Shown: positions 46,451 to 58,688, counted from the first letter of the stretch. The stretch: DNA of 58,846 nt from Chloroflexota bacterium (GCA_034717715.1 JAYELT010000178.1:1-58846); one strand, 5' to 3'. Notes: generated by a model not told the origin, from the letters alone. Program-made: numbers and translations.

Positions 46451-49105
46451 ATGCGAAAATTTTCCTGGTTTCCCTCTCTGATCACATCACTTGCTATATT
46501 ACTGTTCTTGGTAGTCACCATCAGTATAGCAAATCCAGATGGATTAACCCTGACGTCACCCACCACCTGTCCATCCAGTGGTTGTGCTGCTGGGCAGCGG
46601 CTCAATTTTGAAGTTGAGTTTACCGCTGACCCGGCATTCACATCAGGGGCAAATACTCAAGTATGCATTTATTCACTCAAGGATGGCCAGGATGGTTCCG
46701 GAAGCAACCCCTGGGCAGATTTTTCCTATGGTTGGATAGCAAAAAATGGTGGAACTTACACACAAGGCGAGACCGCATCCGTTTGCAGCAACAACACAGA
46801 CATCGAAGACACTTTCATTTCAGGGGCATTTGCAACCCATGCCAGCCCAATAATCGATGAACTTGCATTTGCCCTAAACATCAACCCAACCTCAAATATT
46901 AATGGCTATATAAAAGTAAAGGTCTTCCAAGTGGATGCCTCCGGGAGCAACTGGACAGTAACAAATCAATACACGAAGGATATTCCTGTAGCAGAAATTG
47001 ATTCAACTGCTTATGTTGGTCAATCTGCAGTAGATTGTGGCTCATTTTCTCCCTGCTTTATCAACTCTGGAGATGATAAGGTTGATGGCCTGGGTACTGG
47101 TCTGAGGGATGCCGTCATGGCACTTCAAGCTGGTGAAGATATCTTGATCCTGAATGATTATCCAATTAAGAGTGAAGCGGTACTGATCGATAAGAGCCTC
47201 ACCATCAGCGGCAACACTGGATCGATGATCACCTATTTTGGTGCCACCTGCAACAGCTCAATGGTCAAGGTAAAAAAAGGTGGAACCATCCGAGATATAT
47301 TGATCAATGACGGTAATTGCCCTGCTGATTCATCACGTACCCTCATTGAGGTTGATAGTCCTGATGATCTTTCCATTGAGCACAACACGTTACATTCAGG
47401 TGATCATGCTGTCTATATTCACGACAACACTGGTGTAGTAACGATTGCGTTTAACCATATCTATAACAACCAGGTTGATGCGGTTTATAGGACAGGTGGA
47501 ACGATCGGATCTGGTCAAATAAACTTGTACGCCAATAATATCCTCAATAACGGCGGAGATTATCAGGTATCTTGCAGCAACCTGGGTCACGTAGACCATA
47601 ATTTTTGGGGGGAAAATGGAATACCTGCTGATAACATCCTGAATTGCTCCCTGTCAAACGGAAAACACCTCGGGGCACCCATTCTTCTTTCAGACAGCGG
47701 TGCTGGTGTTGAAGCCATCAGGAAGAAAGTCACCGGAACCATGACGTATGCCTTTAATAATAAGATCGGCGTCCGTCACAACTCAGGCAATGATGATTTT
47801 GACCTAATCATCGTCAACCATGGACAGGGAAATGAGTCGAATATCCCATTTTTCGAATCAGGAACGGAAGCAATCCAGGCTTGCTCTAATTATTATGATG
47901 TGTTCCTCGCAGACGATGCTGCCACGTCTAACCTCGAGCTCGCATTGAAGTACGATCTTGACACAACCTGTACAACAACCATTGAATCTGAGGATTACTG
48001 TCTGAATGCTGACAGTGCTCAATTCCCCCTCTGGTGGTACGATCCATCAAATAATGTGACTGATGGATGGGATCGAACTGGCCAATCTCCAACCGGGATG
48101 GGCGCTGGCGGCGCTACAGGTCAGACGACAACCTGCGATATTGCGAAAAATGAAATCCATGTGACCATAGACAATTCTGGACGACCAGGCATCTCAAATG
48201 ATCTAAATTTCACGCCCTTTATCGCAGGATTGCCAATAACGGAGGGGGTAGTATTATCCCAATTCACAGCCTCTTTTGATGTGACTGAAGTCGATCTGCA
48301 ATGGATCACGACCGGTGAAAATAATGTTAGAGGTTTCTATGTACTGAGGAGCGATAGCGAGGTTGGCACATATTCCCGGATTTCTTCTGAGATTGAGGCT
48401 ATCGGTGACACTTTTATCGGTGGCATTTATTTATATACTGATCAAGACATCACCTTCGACCATGATTATTTTTATAAAATCCAGGTTATCAACGAACAAG
48501 GCGAGACTATCGCCACCTATGGTCCAGCCAATGTGTTGACCTCAACAGTCACACCAACGGTTACCCTGACCCGCACAACTTATCCAACCCTAACACCTTA
48601 CCCTTCCAGGACGCCCTACCCATCACGCACGCCCTATCCATATCCGACAGCCACACGTTTTTATTATCGATCTCCAACATCTTCCTACCCACAGAGAACA
48701 TCCACGCCCAGCTACAACCCAACTCAGGCTCGAACCTCTGGACCTTCTCCAACAGGATCCCAGACATTGCGTACATTATCCACAATCGACCTGACGGCAG
48801 AGAGCCCAGATGCAGGATACCCGGTTGGTGAAAATGGGCCTGGCACCGGATCTGGATATCCGAATGATGATAATGACGATAAGCAATTGGTCACCAACAC
48901 ACCTGCGCCCATTGGAGACACCAATGTTGATAGAGGTGATGCAGATAATGACCAAAACATCCAAAACCCAACAGGACCAAAGGGTGGTATAAGTACGCAA
49001 GGACTACAACGCATCCGATGGATCTATCTTTTGATCGGTGCTGTTGGCAGCTTGGTCCTGTTAATTTCAGTCAGTATCATTCTCGCTAAAACTTACTATA
49101 AATAA
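46451..49105 (+). CDS. Large secreted, C-terminally membrane-anchored protein (beta-helix, Ig/FN3-like domain, Thr/Pro linker)
   Basis: Signal peptide; parallel beta-helix-like repeats (SIEHNTL, IAFNHIYNN, LYANNILNN, NFWG); VVLSQFTA..VDLQWITTGENNVRGFYVLRS; T/P-rich tract; C-terminal TM. Confidence 0.75.
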   Translation: MRKFSWFPSLITSLAILLFLVVTISIANPDGLTLTSPTTCPSSGCAAGQRLNFEVEFTADPAFTSGANTQVCIYSLKDGQDGSGSNPWADFSYGWIAKNGGTYTQGETASVCSNNTDIEDTFISGAFATHASPIIDELAFALNINPTSNINGYIKVKVFQVDASGSNWTVTNQYTKDIPVAEIDSTAYVGQSAVDCGSFSPCFINSGDDKVDGLGTGLRDAVMALQAGEDILILNDYPIKSEAVLIDKSLTISGNTGSMITYFGATCNSSMVKVKKGGTIRDILINDGNCPADSSRTLIEVDSPDDLSIEHNTLHSGDHAVYIHDNTGVVTIAFNHIYNNQVDAVYRTGGTIGSGQINLYANNILNNGGDYQVSCSNLGHVDHNFWGENGIPADNILNCSLSNGKHLGAPILLSDSGAGVEAIRKKVTGTMTYAFNNKIGVRHNSGNDDFDLIIVNHGQGNESNIPFFESGTEAIQACSNYYDVFLADDAATSNLELALKYDLDTTCTTTIESEDYCLNADSAQFPLWWYDPSNNVTDGWDRTGQSPTGMGAGGATGQTTTCDIAKNEIHVTIDNSGRPGISNDLNFTPFIAGLPITEGVVLSQFTASFDVTEVDLQWITTGENNVRGFYVLRSDSEVGTYSRISSEIEAIGDTFIGGIYLYTDQDITFDHDYFYKIQVINEQGETIATYGPANVLTSTVTPTVTLTRTTYPTLTPYPSRTPYPSRTPYPYPTATRFYYRSPTSSYPQRTSTPSYNPTQARTSGPSPTGSQTLRTLSTIDLTAESPDAGYPVGENGPGTGSGYPNDDNDDKQLVTNTPAPIGDTNVDRGDADNDQNIQNPTGPKGGISTQGLQRIRWIYLLIGAVGSLVLLISVSIILAKTYYK
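48592..48645 (+). repeat. Degenerate 18-bp coding tandem repeat (TPYPSR x2 + TPYPYP)
   Basis: Visible in both translation and DNA. Confidence 0.7.
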
Positions 49106-49181
49106 GTCCCCATTTTTTGACTTTTAAATTAAATTGTGCTATTCTTTGCTGAACATTACTACAGCAATCAGGATTGGTTTT

Positions 49182-50042
49182 ATGCAGCGCGAACGCGTAT
49201 CTGAAAACGTTTACTGGTTCCAAAGCGATATTTATGCACAGGTTTCTGCTGGTGTGATTGTTGGTCCGCAATGGGTTGTGGTCGTGGATACATTAATGCC
49301 TCAAGAAACCCTGACATTACGAAAATTCGTCGAAGACAAGATAGGATTGGCTGTACGTTATGTCATCAACACACATCATCATGCGGATCACTGCTGGGGG
49401 AATTGTTTTTTCCCGGGCGCAACCATCATCGGACATGAGCGATGTCGGCAATTGCTTCTTGAACGAACACCATCAGCCCTGAAAGTCGCCAGACAAGAAA
49501 ATCCATTATATAAAAATTTGACCATCATTCCCCCGCAAATCACATTTCAAAGGGGAAAACTCACCCTTAAAGTGGGGAAAAAGCATTTGGCTTTATTCCC
49601 AACTCCAGGTCATTCAGAAGATGGGATATCTGTCCTGGTTGAGGAAGATCGGGTTCTATTTGCAGGGGATGCCTTTATGCCCCTACCGTTCATTGTTGAC
49701 GGTGATCTGGATCAATATATCCTAACGTCTCAAAGTTTCACCAAAATGGGTTTGGAAAATATCATCCAGGGACATGGTGATATCATTTTACGGGGTGAAA
49801 TTGGAGAAAAAGTCAGAGAGAATATCACCTATCTAAAATCCATCAATAAAGCAGTCATTACTGCCAGTCGAAGGAAGAATCCACTGGAAGTTCTGGACAG
49901 CATTGGTGTAGAAGCATGTGGAAAAAGCCGCATCCTGCTTGGAGGACTTGCCAGCGAACTGCATCACCGAAACCTCAGGGCGCTTTATTTCAGATCAATT
50001 AGAAATAAGGAAGAAGCGTATGCGATCAGCGAGCCACATTAA
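49182..50042 (+). CDS. MBL-fold metallo-hydrolase
   Basis: THHHADHCWGN, TPGHSED, LFAGD, IQGHG; start likely MQRERVSEN. Confidence 0.88.
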   Translation: MQRERVSENVYWFQSDIYAQVSAGVIVGPQWVVVVDTLMPQETLTLRKFVEDKIGLAVRYVINTHHHADHCWGNCFFPGATIIGHERCRQLLLERTPSALKVARQENPLYKNLTIIPPQITFQRGKLTLKVGKKHLALFPTPGHSEDGISVLVEEDRVLFAGDAFMPLPFIVDGDLDQYILTSQSFTKMGLENIIQGHGDIILRGEIGEKVRENITYLKSINKAVITASRRKNPLEVLDSIGVEACGKSRILLGGLASELHHRNLRALYFRSIRNKEEAYAISEPH

Positions 50043-50860
50043 CCCCAGATAAAACTGATCAAGATCATTAGCACTAACATAAACACTGGCTCTACCCAAA
50101 ATGCCGTGCTTTGGCGATTTTCTTTGATTCCTATTACAAAACTTGTTAGAGCATATGCCATCCCTACCAAAATCATACCGTTCTGTATGGGGGTAAACGG
50201 AAGGTAATTTAAACCGACTGCGATCTCAGAAACAATCAAACTGCCAACTGCAGCCCATATCATTTCCCAGTTTCTTAATCTTAAATAAAGTGAACGTGAG
50301 ATTACCATCATCGCACTAATTACTAATAACGGCAGACGGATATACAGTCGTAAGTTAGATGAAAATAATGCGATCGCCAGGAGCAAGTAAAGTGCAAATG
50401 AAAGTGCTGTCAAACCTACTACCGCCATTGGATGTCGGACATCTTCTACAGCAATAATGTTGTATTCAGCAATGAAGACAGCAACTAACAGTACACTCCC
50501 AAGTAGATAAACCACCCACCATGAAGGACCTCCAGCAAAGGCATTCAAAGCCACACCAATCACAAGGGTTGTCAACACAGGCACAATCCAATTTTGAGCT
50601 GATGCCCATCGTACATTGTATCGGTCCCAGTTTGGATGGGAAATGATCAACCACTGCATACCGGTTGCAGCCAGAAAAATCGTCAAAATAGTGGTGATCG
50701 TGCTGAAATCCAGGATGAATTCTAAAAGAATACCAAATAGCGTAAAAGAATAAGACTGCGCAGGGAACTTGATCAAATGCGTCAAAGCAAACGCAAGCAT
50801 GATTGCAGCACTCACGATTGAGAGGCGGTTGATCTCAGGTAAACTATCACGAATTCGCAT
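50039..50860 (-). CDS. Hypothetical polytopic membrane protein
   Basis: 273-aa ORF with ~9 hydrophobic segments. Confidence 0.7.
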   Translation of the reverse strand: MRIRDSLPEINRLSIVSAAIMLAFALTHLIKFPAQSYSFTLFGILLEFILDFSTITTILTIFLAATGMQWLIISHPNWDRYNVRWASAQNWIVPVLTTLVIGVALNAFAGGPSWWVVYLLGSVLLVAVFIAEYNIIAVEDVRHPMAVVGLTALSFALYLLLAIALFSSNLRLYIRLPLLVISAMMVISRSLYLRLRNWEMIWAAVGSLIVSEIAVGLNYLPFTPIQNGMILVGMAYALTSFVIGIKENRQSTAFWVEPVFMLVLMILISFIWG

Positions 50861-51008
50861 GGTTAGATTTTACCATGCGCTGATAAGAAGCTCCTTTACT
50901 ACTTTATCTTTCGATTTATATTAAATGAAGCGTCCAGCTTGTAATGCCTGATACTTTTCTCAAATTTAATAGCCAATATCACTCGAATGTGGTAAAATTC
51001 TTGTTTGT

Positions 51009-51995
51009 ATGAACACAAGTTCTGATTATCGTTTTGAAAAACCAAAGATCATCCAGGCACTGCTTTCTGGGTTTAATACCATCGCCAACAAACCCTATTT
51101 GATCCTGCTGCCGGTCCTTCTTGATTTGTTCCTTTGGTTTGGCCCAGCATGGCGAGTGGACGAATATTTCTCACCGCTGATTCACGGGATGACAAATCTA
51201 CCCAGCATTGACAATATAGGATATTCAGAGATCCTTGAAGCCTACCAGGAATACTGGCAGCTAATCGTCACTGATTTTAATCTGGCATCCTCGTTGCGGA
51301 CGTTACCAATTGGTGTTCCCAGTTTAATGGTATCAAAATCACCATTCTTAAACCCACTTGGCCAACCACTAATATTCAGCCTTAGTACAAACCTTCAAGT
51401 CCTTGGGGTTTCGATCATATTTGTCCTGTCAGGCTACTTGCTCGGGAGCATCTACTTCAAGACAATTTCTGGTCAAATCATCGAATCTACCCAAGACAAT
51501 GATTTAAAATCGTACTTGAAAGTCTTTTCCCAGGTCATCCTAATGCCGGTTTTATTAATTATCATGTTGCTTCTTATCAGCATCCCGCTGCTGATAATAT
51601 TTACATTGATCACCCTGATCAGTCCAACAATCGGCCAATTCGTATTGATCATTGCCGGTATGTTCGTTTTATGGGTGATCATGCCATTGATCTTCACACC
51701 GCATTGCATCTTTCTTTACAAACAAAACTTGATTTCGGCAATGATGACCAGCATAAATGTCGTCAAAACATCAATGGGTCAAACATCAATGTTCATCATT
51801 TTATCCATCGTGCTGATGGAAGGTATGGATTATCTTTGGCGATCTCCGTCGGTAGATAATTGGTTTCTCTTCGTTGGTATCCTGGGGCATGCTTTCATGG
51901 TAACGGCGGTTATCGCTTCATCTTTTCATTATTTCATCGATGCGACAAAATTCACCCAAACGGTAATGAATAAGAAGTTGGAATCCGCAAAATAA
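51009..51995 (+). CDS. Hypothetical membrane protein
   Basis: 328-aa ORF with several TM segments; LLPVLLDLFLWFGP. Confidence 0.7.
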   Translation: MNTSSDYRFEKPKIIQALLSGFNTIANKPYLILLPVLLDLFLWFGPAWRVDEYFSPLIHGMTNLPSIDNIGYSEILEAYQEYWQLIVTDFNLASSLRTLPIGVPSLMVSKSPFLNPLGQPLIFSLSTNLQVLGVSIIFVLSGYLLGSIYFKTISGQIIESTQDNDLKSYLKVFSQVILMPVLLIIMLLLISIPLLIIFTLITLISPTIGQFVLIIAGMFVLWVIMPLIFTPHCIFLYKQNLISAMMTSINVVKTSMGQTSMFIILSIVLMEGMDYLWRSPSVDNWFLFVGILGHAFMVTAVIASSFHYFIDATKFTQTVMNKKLESAK

Positions 51996-53945
<1,950 letters not shown>

Positions 53946-53965
53946 GACTTATCTTATTTGATCTC

Positions 53966-53996
53966 AGGCTGTATCCATCTGGATACAGCCTTTTTT
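53966..53996 (+). terminator. Intrinsic terminator after gyrB
   Basis: AGGCTGTATCC-ATCT-GGATACAGCCT followed by TTTTT. Confidence 0.9.
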
Positions 53997-54333
53997 ATTA
54001 TCATCAGATGAGGAGTAAGAATCAAGAGAATAAGAAATCCGAGTTTATTCAAGTGTGATTTTGATTTGAAGTGTCAGTAATTTCGGTTTTTCTTGTTTAC
54101 CCATCAGCCGTAGAATTATTAATACTCACCCACCTAATTTTTATAAGCATTGAACTAATTGTCACTTTTACCGACAACATAGTACCAACTATCAAATCAT
54201 CTATCGCAATCAAGCCCAAAAATCAATTATGATATAAGAGAGTGTTGAAAAACTAATTACTATACTGGTTGCATTTTCTTGCCAATGATTGGATATCCTT
54301 AAATATTAAAATAACATGCGTAAACACGCAATT

Positions 54334-54378
54334 GTAGAGGCAGACCTCTGTGTCTGCCCAAGGCAACCACAGAGGGTT
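54334..54378 (+). repeat. GTAG-type REP palindrome plus truncated partner
   Basis: GTAG-AGGCAGAC-CTCTGT-GTCTGCCC followed by GGCAACCACAGAGGGTT (cut off before the expected GCCCCTAC). Confidence 0.6.
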
Positions 54379-54600
54379 CTCAGAGTGGATTTCGCAGAAT
54401 TTTATCCCAAACCTATATTGCAGAACGCAGATATTGTACAAAGGGAGGGCAATACGGTCGTTTACAGCTTCAAGCGACAGAATATCTCCGCATCAAAATT
54501 GATTAATTTATTGTCTTCAGAATACCGAATCAGTGACCTCTCCGTCCAGGATCAACCTATCGAAGACACAATACGAGAAATTTACGAAAAACAATTGCTA
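54373..54600 (+). pseudogene. C-terminal remnant of an ABC transporter ATP-binding protein
   Basis: RVLRVDFAE...YSFKRQNISASKLI..LSSEYRISDLSVQDQPIEDTIREIYE resembles the ABC-2 ATPase C-terminal domain; no NBD or start upstream. Confidence 0.6.
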
Positions 54601-54613
54601 TATAATCATCCTT

Positions 54614-55819
54614 ATGGTAAGAAAAATACTTCATCTTGATCTAGATGCATTCTTTTGTGCAGTGGAAGAATTGCATAACCCAGCATTAAAAGGCAAACCC
54701 TTTGCTGTTGGTGGAAAAGCCGATCAACGCGGTGTCGTTGCCTCCTGTTCTTATGCAGCCCGTATGTACGGGGTACACTCTGCCATGCCGATGAGTCACG
54801 CCATGCAGCTATGCTCAAATTTGATTGTGGTCTCTCATAGACTAGGAAATTACAGCGAAATGTCAAATAAGATCATGGCGCTGATTGATATCACACCTTT
54901 CATTGAAAGGATATCCATTGATGAGGCGTTTATGGATGTCACGGGCATACCGGAACCACTGATCGATACTGCCAAAACATTACAGGACCGGGTCAACAAG
55001 CAGCTAAATCTCCCTATCTCGATTGGTGGAGCAACCAATAAGCTTGTCGCTAAGATAGCGAATGACTGGGGCAAATCACAAAAGAAACAGCCTCAGCCCC
55101 CCAATACGATCACGATCATCCCCCCAGGTGAAGAAGCAACATTTCTGAGCCCCCTACCAGTCAGATCTCTATGGGGTATTGGCCCTAAAACAGCTGAGAA
55201 AATGAACAACATCGGGATCGCAACTATTGGAGCCCTGGCAAAAACGCCAGATGAAACACTAGCAATACTCTTTGGTCATTATGGTTCTGAATTACGTAAG
55301 CGTGCACAAGGCATTGATCATCGCTCAATTAATTTAGAGCACGGTGTTAAATCATTCAGCAATGAGGTAACTTACTCCAAAGATCAAAATACTGAAGAAA
55401 TGTTGCTATCCACTTTGCGTAATCTCTCAGAACAAGTCGGACGCCGGTTGCGAAAAAGGAATTTAGCAGGAACAACCATCCAGATCAAACTGAGATGGTC
55501 AGATTTCACAACCATCACACGCCAGACAACTCTCTCATCGCCGACCAATCTTGACCAGGAAATCTATGAAGCAGTTGAAACAATATTCAAACAAAACTGG
55601 ACAATGGGGAAATTCGTCCGCTTGATTGGTGTGGGTGTTAGCAACCTGGGTCCCCCCATCCACCAGCTCAGTTTCTGGGATGATGAACATGAGAAAAGAA
55701 TGAATCTTATCAAAGCGGTTGATCGCTTGCGAGAACGGTTTGGTAAGGACATCATCAAACATGCCCATCACCTGCGAAACAATAAAAATGGAAAATCCAC
55801 GAAAACAGATATATTTTAA
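54614..55819 (+). CDS. dinB: DNA polymerase IV
   Basis: ILHLDLDAFFCAVE, GVVASCSYAAR, SIDEAFMD, KLVAKIA, LWGIGPKT; start at MVRKIL (54614). Confidence 0.95.
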   Translation: MVRKILHLDLDAFFCAVEELHNPALKGKPFAVGGKADQRGVVASCSYAARMYGVHSAMPMSHAMQLCSNLIVVSHRLGNYSEMSNKIMALIDITPFIERISIDEAFMDVTGIPEPLIDTAKTLQDRVNKQLNLPISIGGATNKLVAKIANDWGKSQKKQPQPPNTITIIPPGEEATFLSPLPVRSLWGIGPKTAEKMNNIGIATIGALAKTPDETLAILFGHYGSELRKRAQGIDHRSINLEHGVKSFSNEVTYSKDQNTEEMLLSTLRNLSEQVGRRLRKRNLAGTTIQIKLRWSDFTTITRQTTLSSPTNLDQEIYEAVETIFKQNWTMGKFVRLIGVGVSNLGPPIHQLSFWDDEHEKRMNLIKAVDRLRERFGKDIIKHAHHLRNNKNGKSTKTDIF

Positions 55820-55864
55820 ATCACAACCCCTCACAGGCTGATATAACTAAGTTCAACCACCTGT

Positions 55865-57115
55865 TTATCTTTCGTTTGATTGCACCATCCTTCGGTAGAC
55901 ATTCAGGACTTGAGCTGTAATCCGTTCCCAATTGAAATCACTGGCGTACGCAGCAGCCTGCATTCCTAATTGTTTCCGAAGATCTTCATTAACAAATATT
56001 GAACGCAATTTTTGAGCCAATGCCTCGGGATCCTGAGCTGGGACGAAATACCCTGTTTCCCCATCTCTTACCAGGAATGCTAACCCACCAACCCGTGAAA
56101 CAATAACGGGAGTTCCACAAGCCATCGCTTCTAAGGCAACCATACCAAAGCTCTCGTAAAATGATGGCATAACCACGACCTCTGCAGCAGAATAATAATA
56201 TGGTAGCGTGTTCTGCGCTCGTTTTCCCAGAAAAAGCACCATCTCATCTAATCCTAAATTTCGGCAAAGTGTCTGCAGCCTCCGCATTTCAGCGGACATT
56301 TTTTCTTCATCTTCCTCGGGATCTCCGCCGATGATGGCCAGGTAATGCGGACATACAAAGGATCGGCACTTCTGTTTCACAATCGCCATCGCCCTGATCA
56401 AGGTATCCACCCCTTTGAGCGGCTCGATTCGACCGACAAAAAGTGCCATACGCTCATTTGGCGCAATACCGACTGCTTCTTTGGCTTCATCCGGTGGAAT
56501 GGGATAAAAGTGATGTGTATCCACACCTGGTGGGATGACTACAACCTTTTGATGGTTGAGACCATATAGACTCTCAAGCTGAGAGTGTTCTGCCTTGGTC
56601 GCTGTAATAATCCGATCTGCTGACTGGATCACAAATTGTTCACCCTCAATTCGATAGTCACCTTCCCGCTCTTCTGCCGTACGCGCCACACGTTGTTTCA
56701 TCAATCCCAATGTGTGGAACATCTGCAGCATTGGTACGTTCCAGGCGTCTTTAAGAGCCTTCCCGGCCAAGCCAGATAACCAGTAATGCGAATGCACCAA
56801 ATCATATTGAATGTGTTTCTTTTCTGCAAATTCGATGATCCTTTGGGTAAATTCACCAGTGTATTGTGCTAAATGCTTCTTGTTGATATCTATCTCAGGT
56901 CCTGCGGGGATGTGCACCACACGATTGAAGTTCCCAAGGTCATGAGAGACTTGAGGAATATGCTCATCCTGTGAACGTGTGAATACATCCACATGCACAC
57001 CTATGCGGCCCAGAAACCGGGTTAATTCCCGGACGTATACATTCATCCCGCCTGTGTTCTTACCGCCAAGAACAGCTAAGGGACAGGTGTGATAAGAAAT
57101 CATGGCAATATTCAT
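55865..57115 (-). CDS. GT4 glycosyltransferase, MshA-like
   Basis: ISYHTCPLA..GGKNTGGMNVYV, HSHYWLSG, FVGRIEPLKG, PSFYESFGMVALEAMACG. Confidence 0.88.
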   Translation of the reverse strand: MNIAMISYHTCPLAVLGGKNTGGMNVYVRELTRFLGRIGVHVDVFTRSQDEHIPQVSHDLGNFNRVVHIPAGPEIDINKKHLAQYTGEFTQRIIEFAEKKHIQYDLVHSHYWLSGLAGKALKDAWNVPMLQMFHTLGLMKQRVARTAEEREGDYRIEGEQFVIQSADRIITATKAEHSQLESLYGLNHQKVVVIPPGVDTHHFYPIPPDEAKEAVGIAPNERMALFVGRIEPLKGVDTLIRAMAIVKQKCRSFVCPHYLAIIGGDPEEDEEKMSAEMRRLQTLCRNLGLDEMVLFLGKRAQNTLPYYYSAAEVVVMPSFYESFGMVALEAMACGTPVIVSRVGGLAFLVRDGETGYFVPAQDPEALAQKLRSIFVNEDLRKQLGMQAAAYASDFNWERITAQVLNVYRRMVQSNER

Positions 57116-57176
57116 GGGTGAATTCTCCGTTCTGCTGTTGGAAAAAGTGTTTCGTTACTGGTATAATCGTTGGCAC

Positions 57177-57248
57177 GCCAACGTAGCTCAGTGGTAGAGC
57201 AGACGCTTCGTAAGCGCCAGGTCGAGGGTTCAAATCCCTCCGTTGGCT
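57177..57248 (+). tRNA. tRNA-Thr(CGT)
   Basis: Cloverleaf with GCCAACG/CGTTGGC acceptor stem, anticodon loop TTCGTAA, T-loop GGTTCAAATCC; CCA not encoded; TGGTATAAT promoter upstream. Confidence 0.96.
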
Positions 57249-57265
57249 CTTAATTTTGAATAGAT

Positions 57266-57286
57266 AACAGCCCGGAAGGCTGTTTT
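57266..57286 (+). terminator. Terminator after tRNA-Thr
   Basis: AACAGCC-CGGAA-GGCTGTTTT. Confidence 0.7.
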
Positions 57287-57383
57287 AATTTTAACGGATA
57301 TTTACAACTTTTTAAAACAGATAATTGATATAATGATATCCATAAATTGGTCGAACAAACTTTTAATCCCAGGAGGAGAATAA

Positions 57384-58688
57384 ATGGCAAAAATTTCCGT
57401 CATCGGAACAGGATATGTCGGATTGGTCACAGGCACTTGTTTTGCGGACATTGGCAATCAGGTCATCTGTCTGGATATTAACACACACAGAATTGAACAA
57501 TTAAATAATGGTGTCATGCCCATCTATGAGCCGGGGCTAAAACAAATCGTAGAAGAAAATGTGCAAGCGGAACGTTTATCATTTACCACAAGTTACGCTG
57601 AAGCGCTGAAAGAAGCTGAGTTTGCCTTCATTGCTGTTGGCACACCTTCCAGCGAAGATGGTGAAGCTGATATGCAATATGTCAAGCAAGCTGTGGACTC
57701 AATCGCTGAAAATCTCATTCATCCAGTTATTATCGTTAATAAATCCACCGTACCGGTAGGTACTGGTGATTGGGTTGCGGAAATCATCAAGGATCAGAAC
57801 GGACTCGATGCACCAGGATTCAGCATCGTATCAAACCCAGAATTCTTAAGAGAAGGCTCAGCAGTCAATGATTTCATGCAGCCAGACCGGGTTGTGCTTG
57901 GGTCAACTGACCTTGATGCTGCAAAAAAAGTCGCTGAGCTCTATGAGCCACTACGATCTCCGATTATGATCACCGACCTGCGAACGGCTGAGATGATCAA
58001 GTATGCTTCTAACGCTTTCCTGGCTACCCGCATATCATTCATCAATGAAATGGCCAATATCTGTGAGTCACTGGGTGCAGATGTCCGTGAAGTTGCGCGC
58101 GGTATGGGAATGGATAAACGTATTGGTCCCTCATTCTTGGACGCTGGATTGGGATGGGGGGGAAGCTGTTTTCCGAAAGATGTGAAAGCCCTCACCCACA
58201 TGGCGGATACACGTGGTGCACATCCACAACTACTCCAGGCGGTGATGGACATCAATCAAAACCAGCGCAGCCGAACTGTGGAGAAGCTTGAGAAGGCATT
58301 AGGGGATCTGAAAGGGCGAACGATCGGTATTCTCGGTCTCAGCTTCAAGCCAAACACCGATGACACGCGCGATGCCCCTGCTCTGGACATCATCCGCATG
58401 CTGCTAGAAAAAGGTGCCAAAGTGCAGGCTTTTGATCCACAAGCTATGAAAGCCAGCAAGGATGAAATTCCAGCCCTGCACCTGCGGCAAAATCCTTATG
58501 AAGTTGCCAAAGGTGCAGATGCACTGCTCCTCGCTACGGAGTGGAACGAGTTCAAATCCTTGAATTTTGTGGAAATTAAAGCAAACATGCGTGGAAATGT
58601 CATTTTTGATGGCAGAAATCTTTGGGATGGCCAGGCTCTTCATAACCTGGGTTTCACATATTTTGGTATTGGTGTACCAACTCCTTGA
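57384..58688 (+). CDS. ugd: UDP-glucose/GDP-mannose 6-dehydrogenase
   Basis: VIGTGYVGL, NKSTVPVG, SNPEFLREG, KYASNAFLA, GWGGSCFPKD, GLSFKPNTDD. Confidence 0.93.
   Translation: MAKISVIGTGYVGLVTGTCFADIGNQVICLDINTHRIEQLNNGVMPIYEPGLKQIVEENVQAERLSFTTSYAEALKEAEFAFIAVGTPSSEDGEADMQYVKQAVDSIAENLIHPVIIVNKSTVPVGTGDWVAEIIKDQNGLDAPGFSIVSNPEFLREGSAVNDFMQPDRVVLGSTDLDAAKKVAELYEPLRSPIMITDLRTAEMIKYASNAFLATRISFINEMANICESLGADVREVARGMGMDKRIGPSFLDAGLGWGGSCFPKDVKALTHMADTRGAHPQLLQAVMDINQNQRSRTVEKLEKALGDLKGRTIGILGLSFKPNTDDTRDAPALDIIRMLLEKGAKVQAFDPQAMKASKDEIPALHLRQNPYEVAKGADALLLATEWNEFKSLNFVEIKANMRGNVIFDGRNLWDGQALHNLGFTYFGIGVPTP

Noticed and set aside
54540-54613. LexA/SOS box upstream of dinB (and of intI)
   Set aside because: No GAAC-N4-GTTC or CTGT-N8-ACAG match found by eye
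57177-57300. tRNA-Thr as an island or prophage integration site
   Set aside because: No adjacent integrase and no duplicated tRNA 3' end seen in the window
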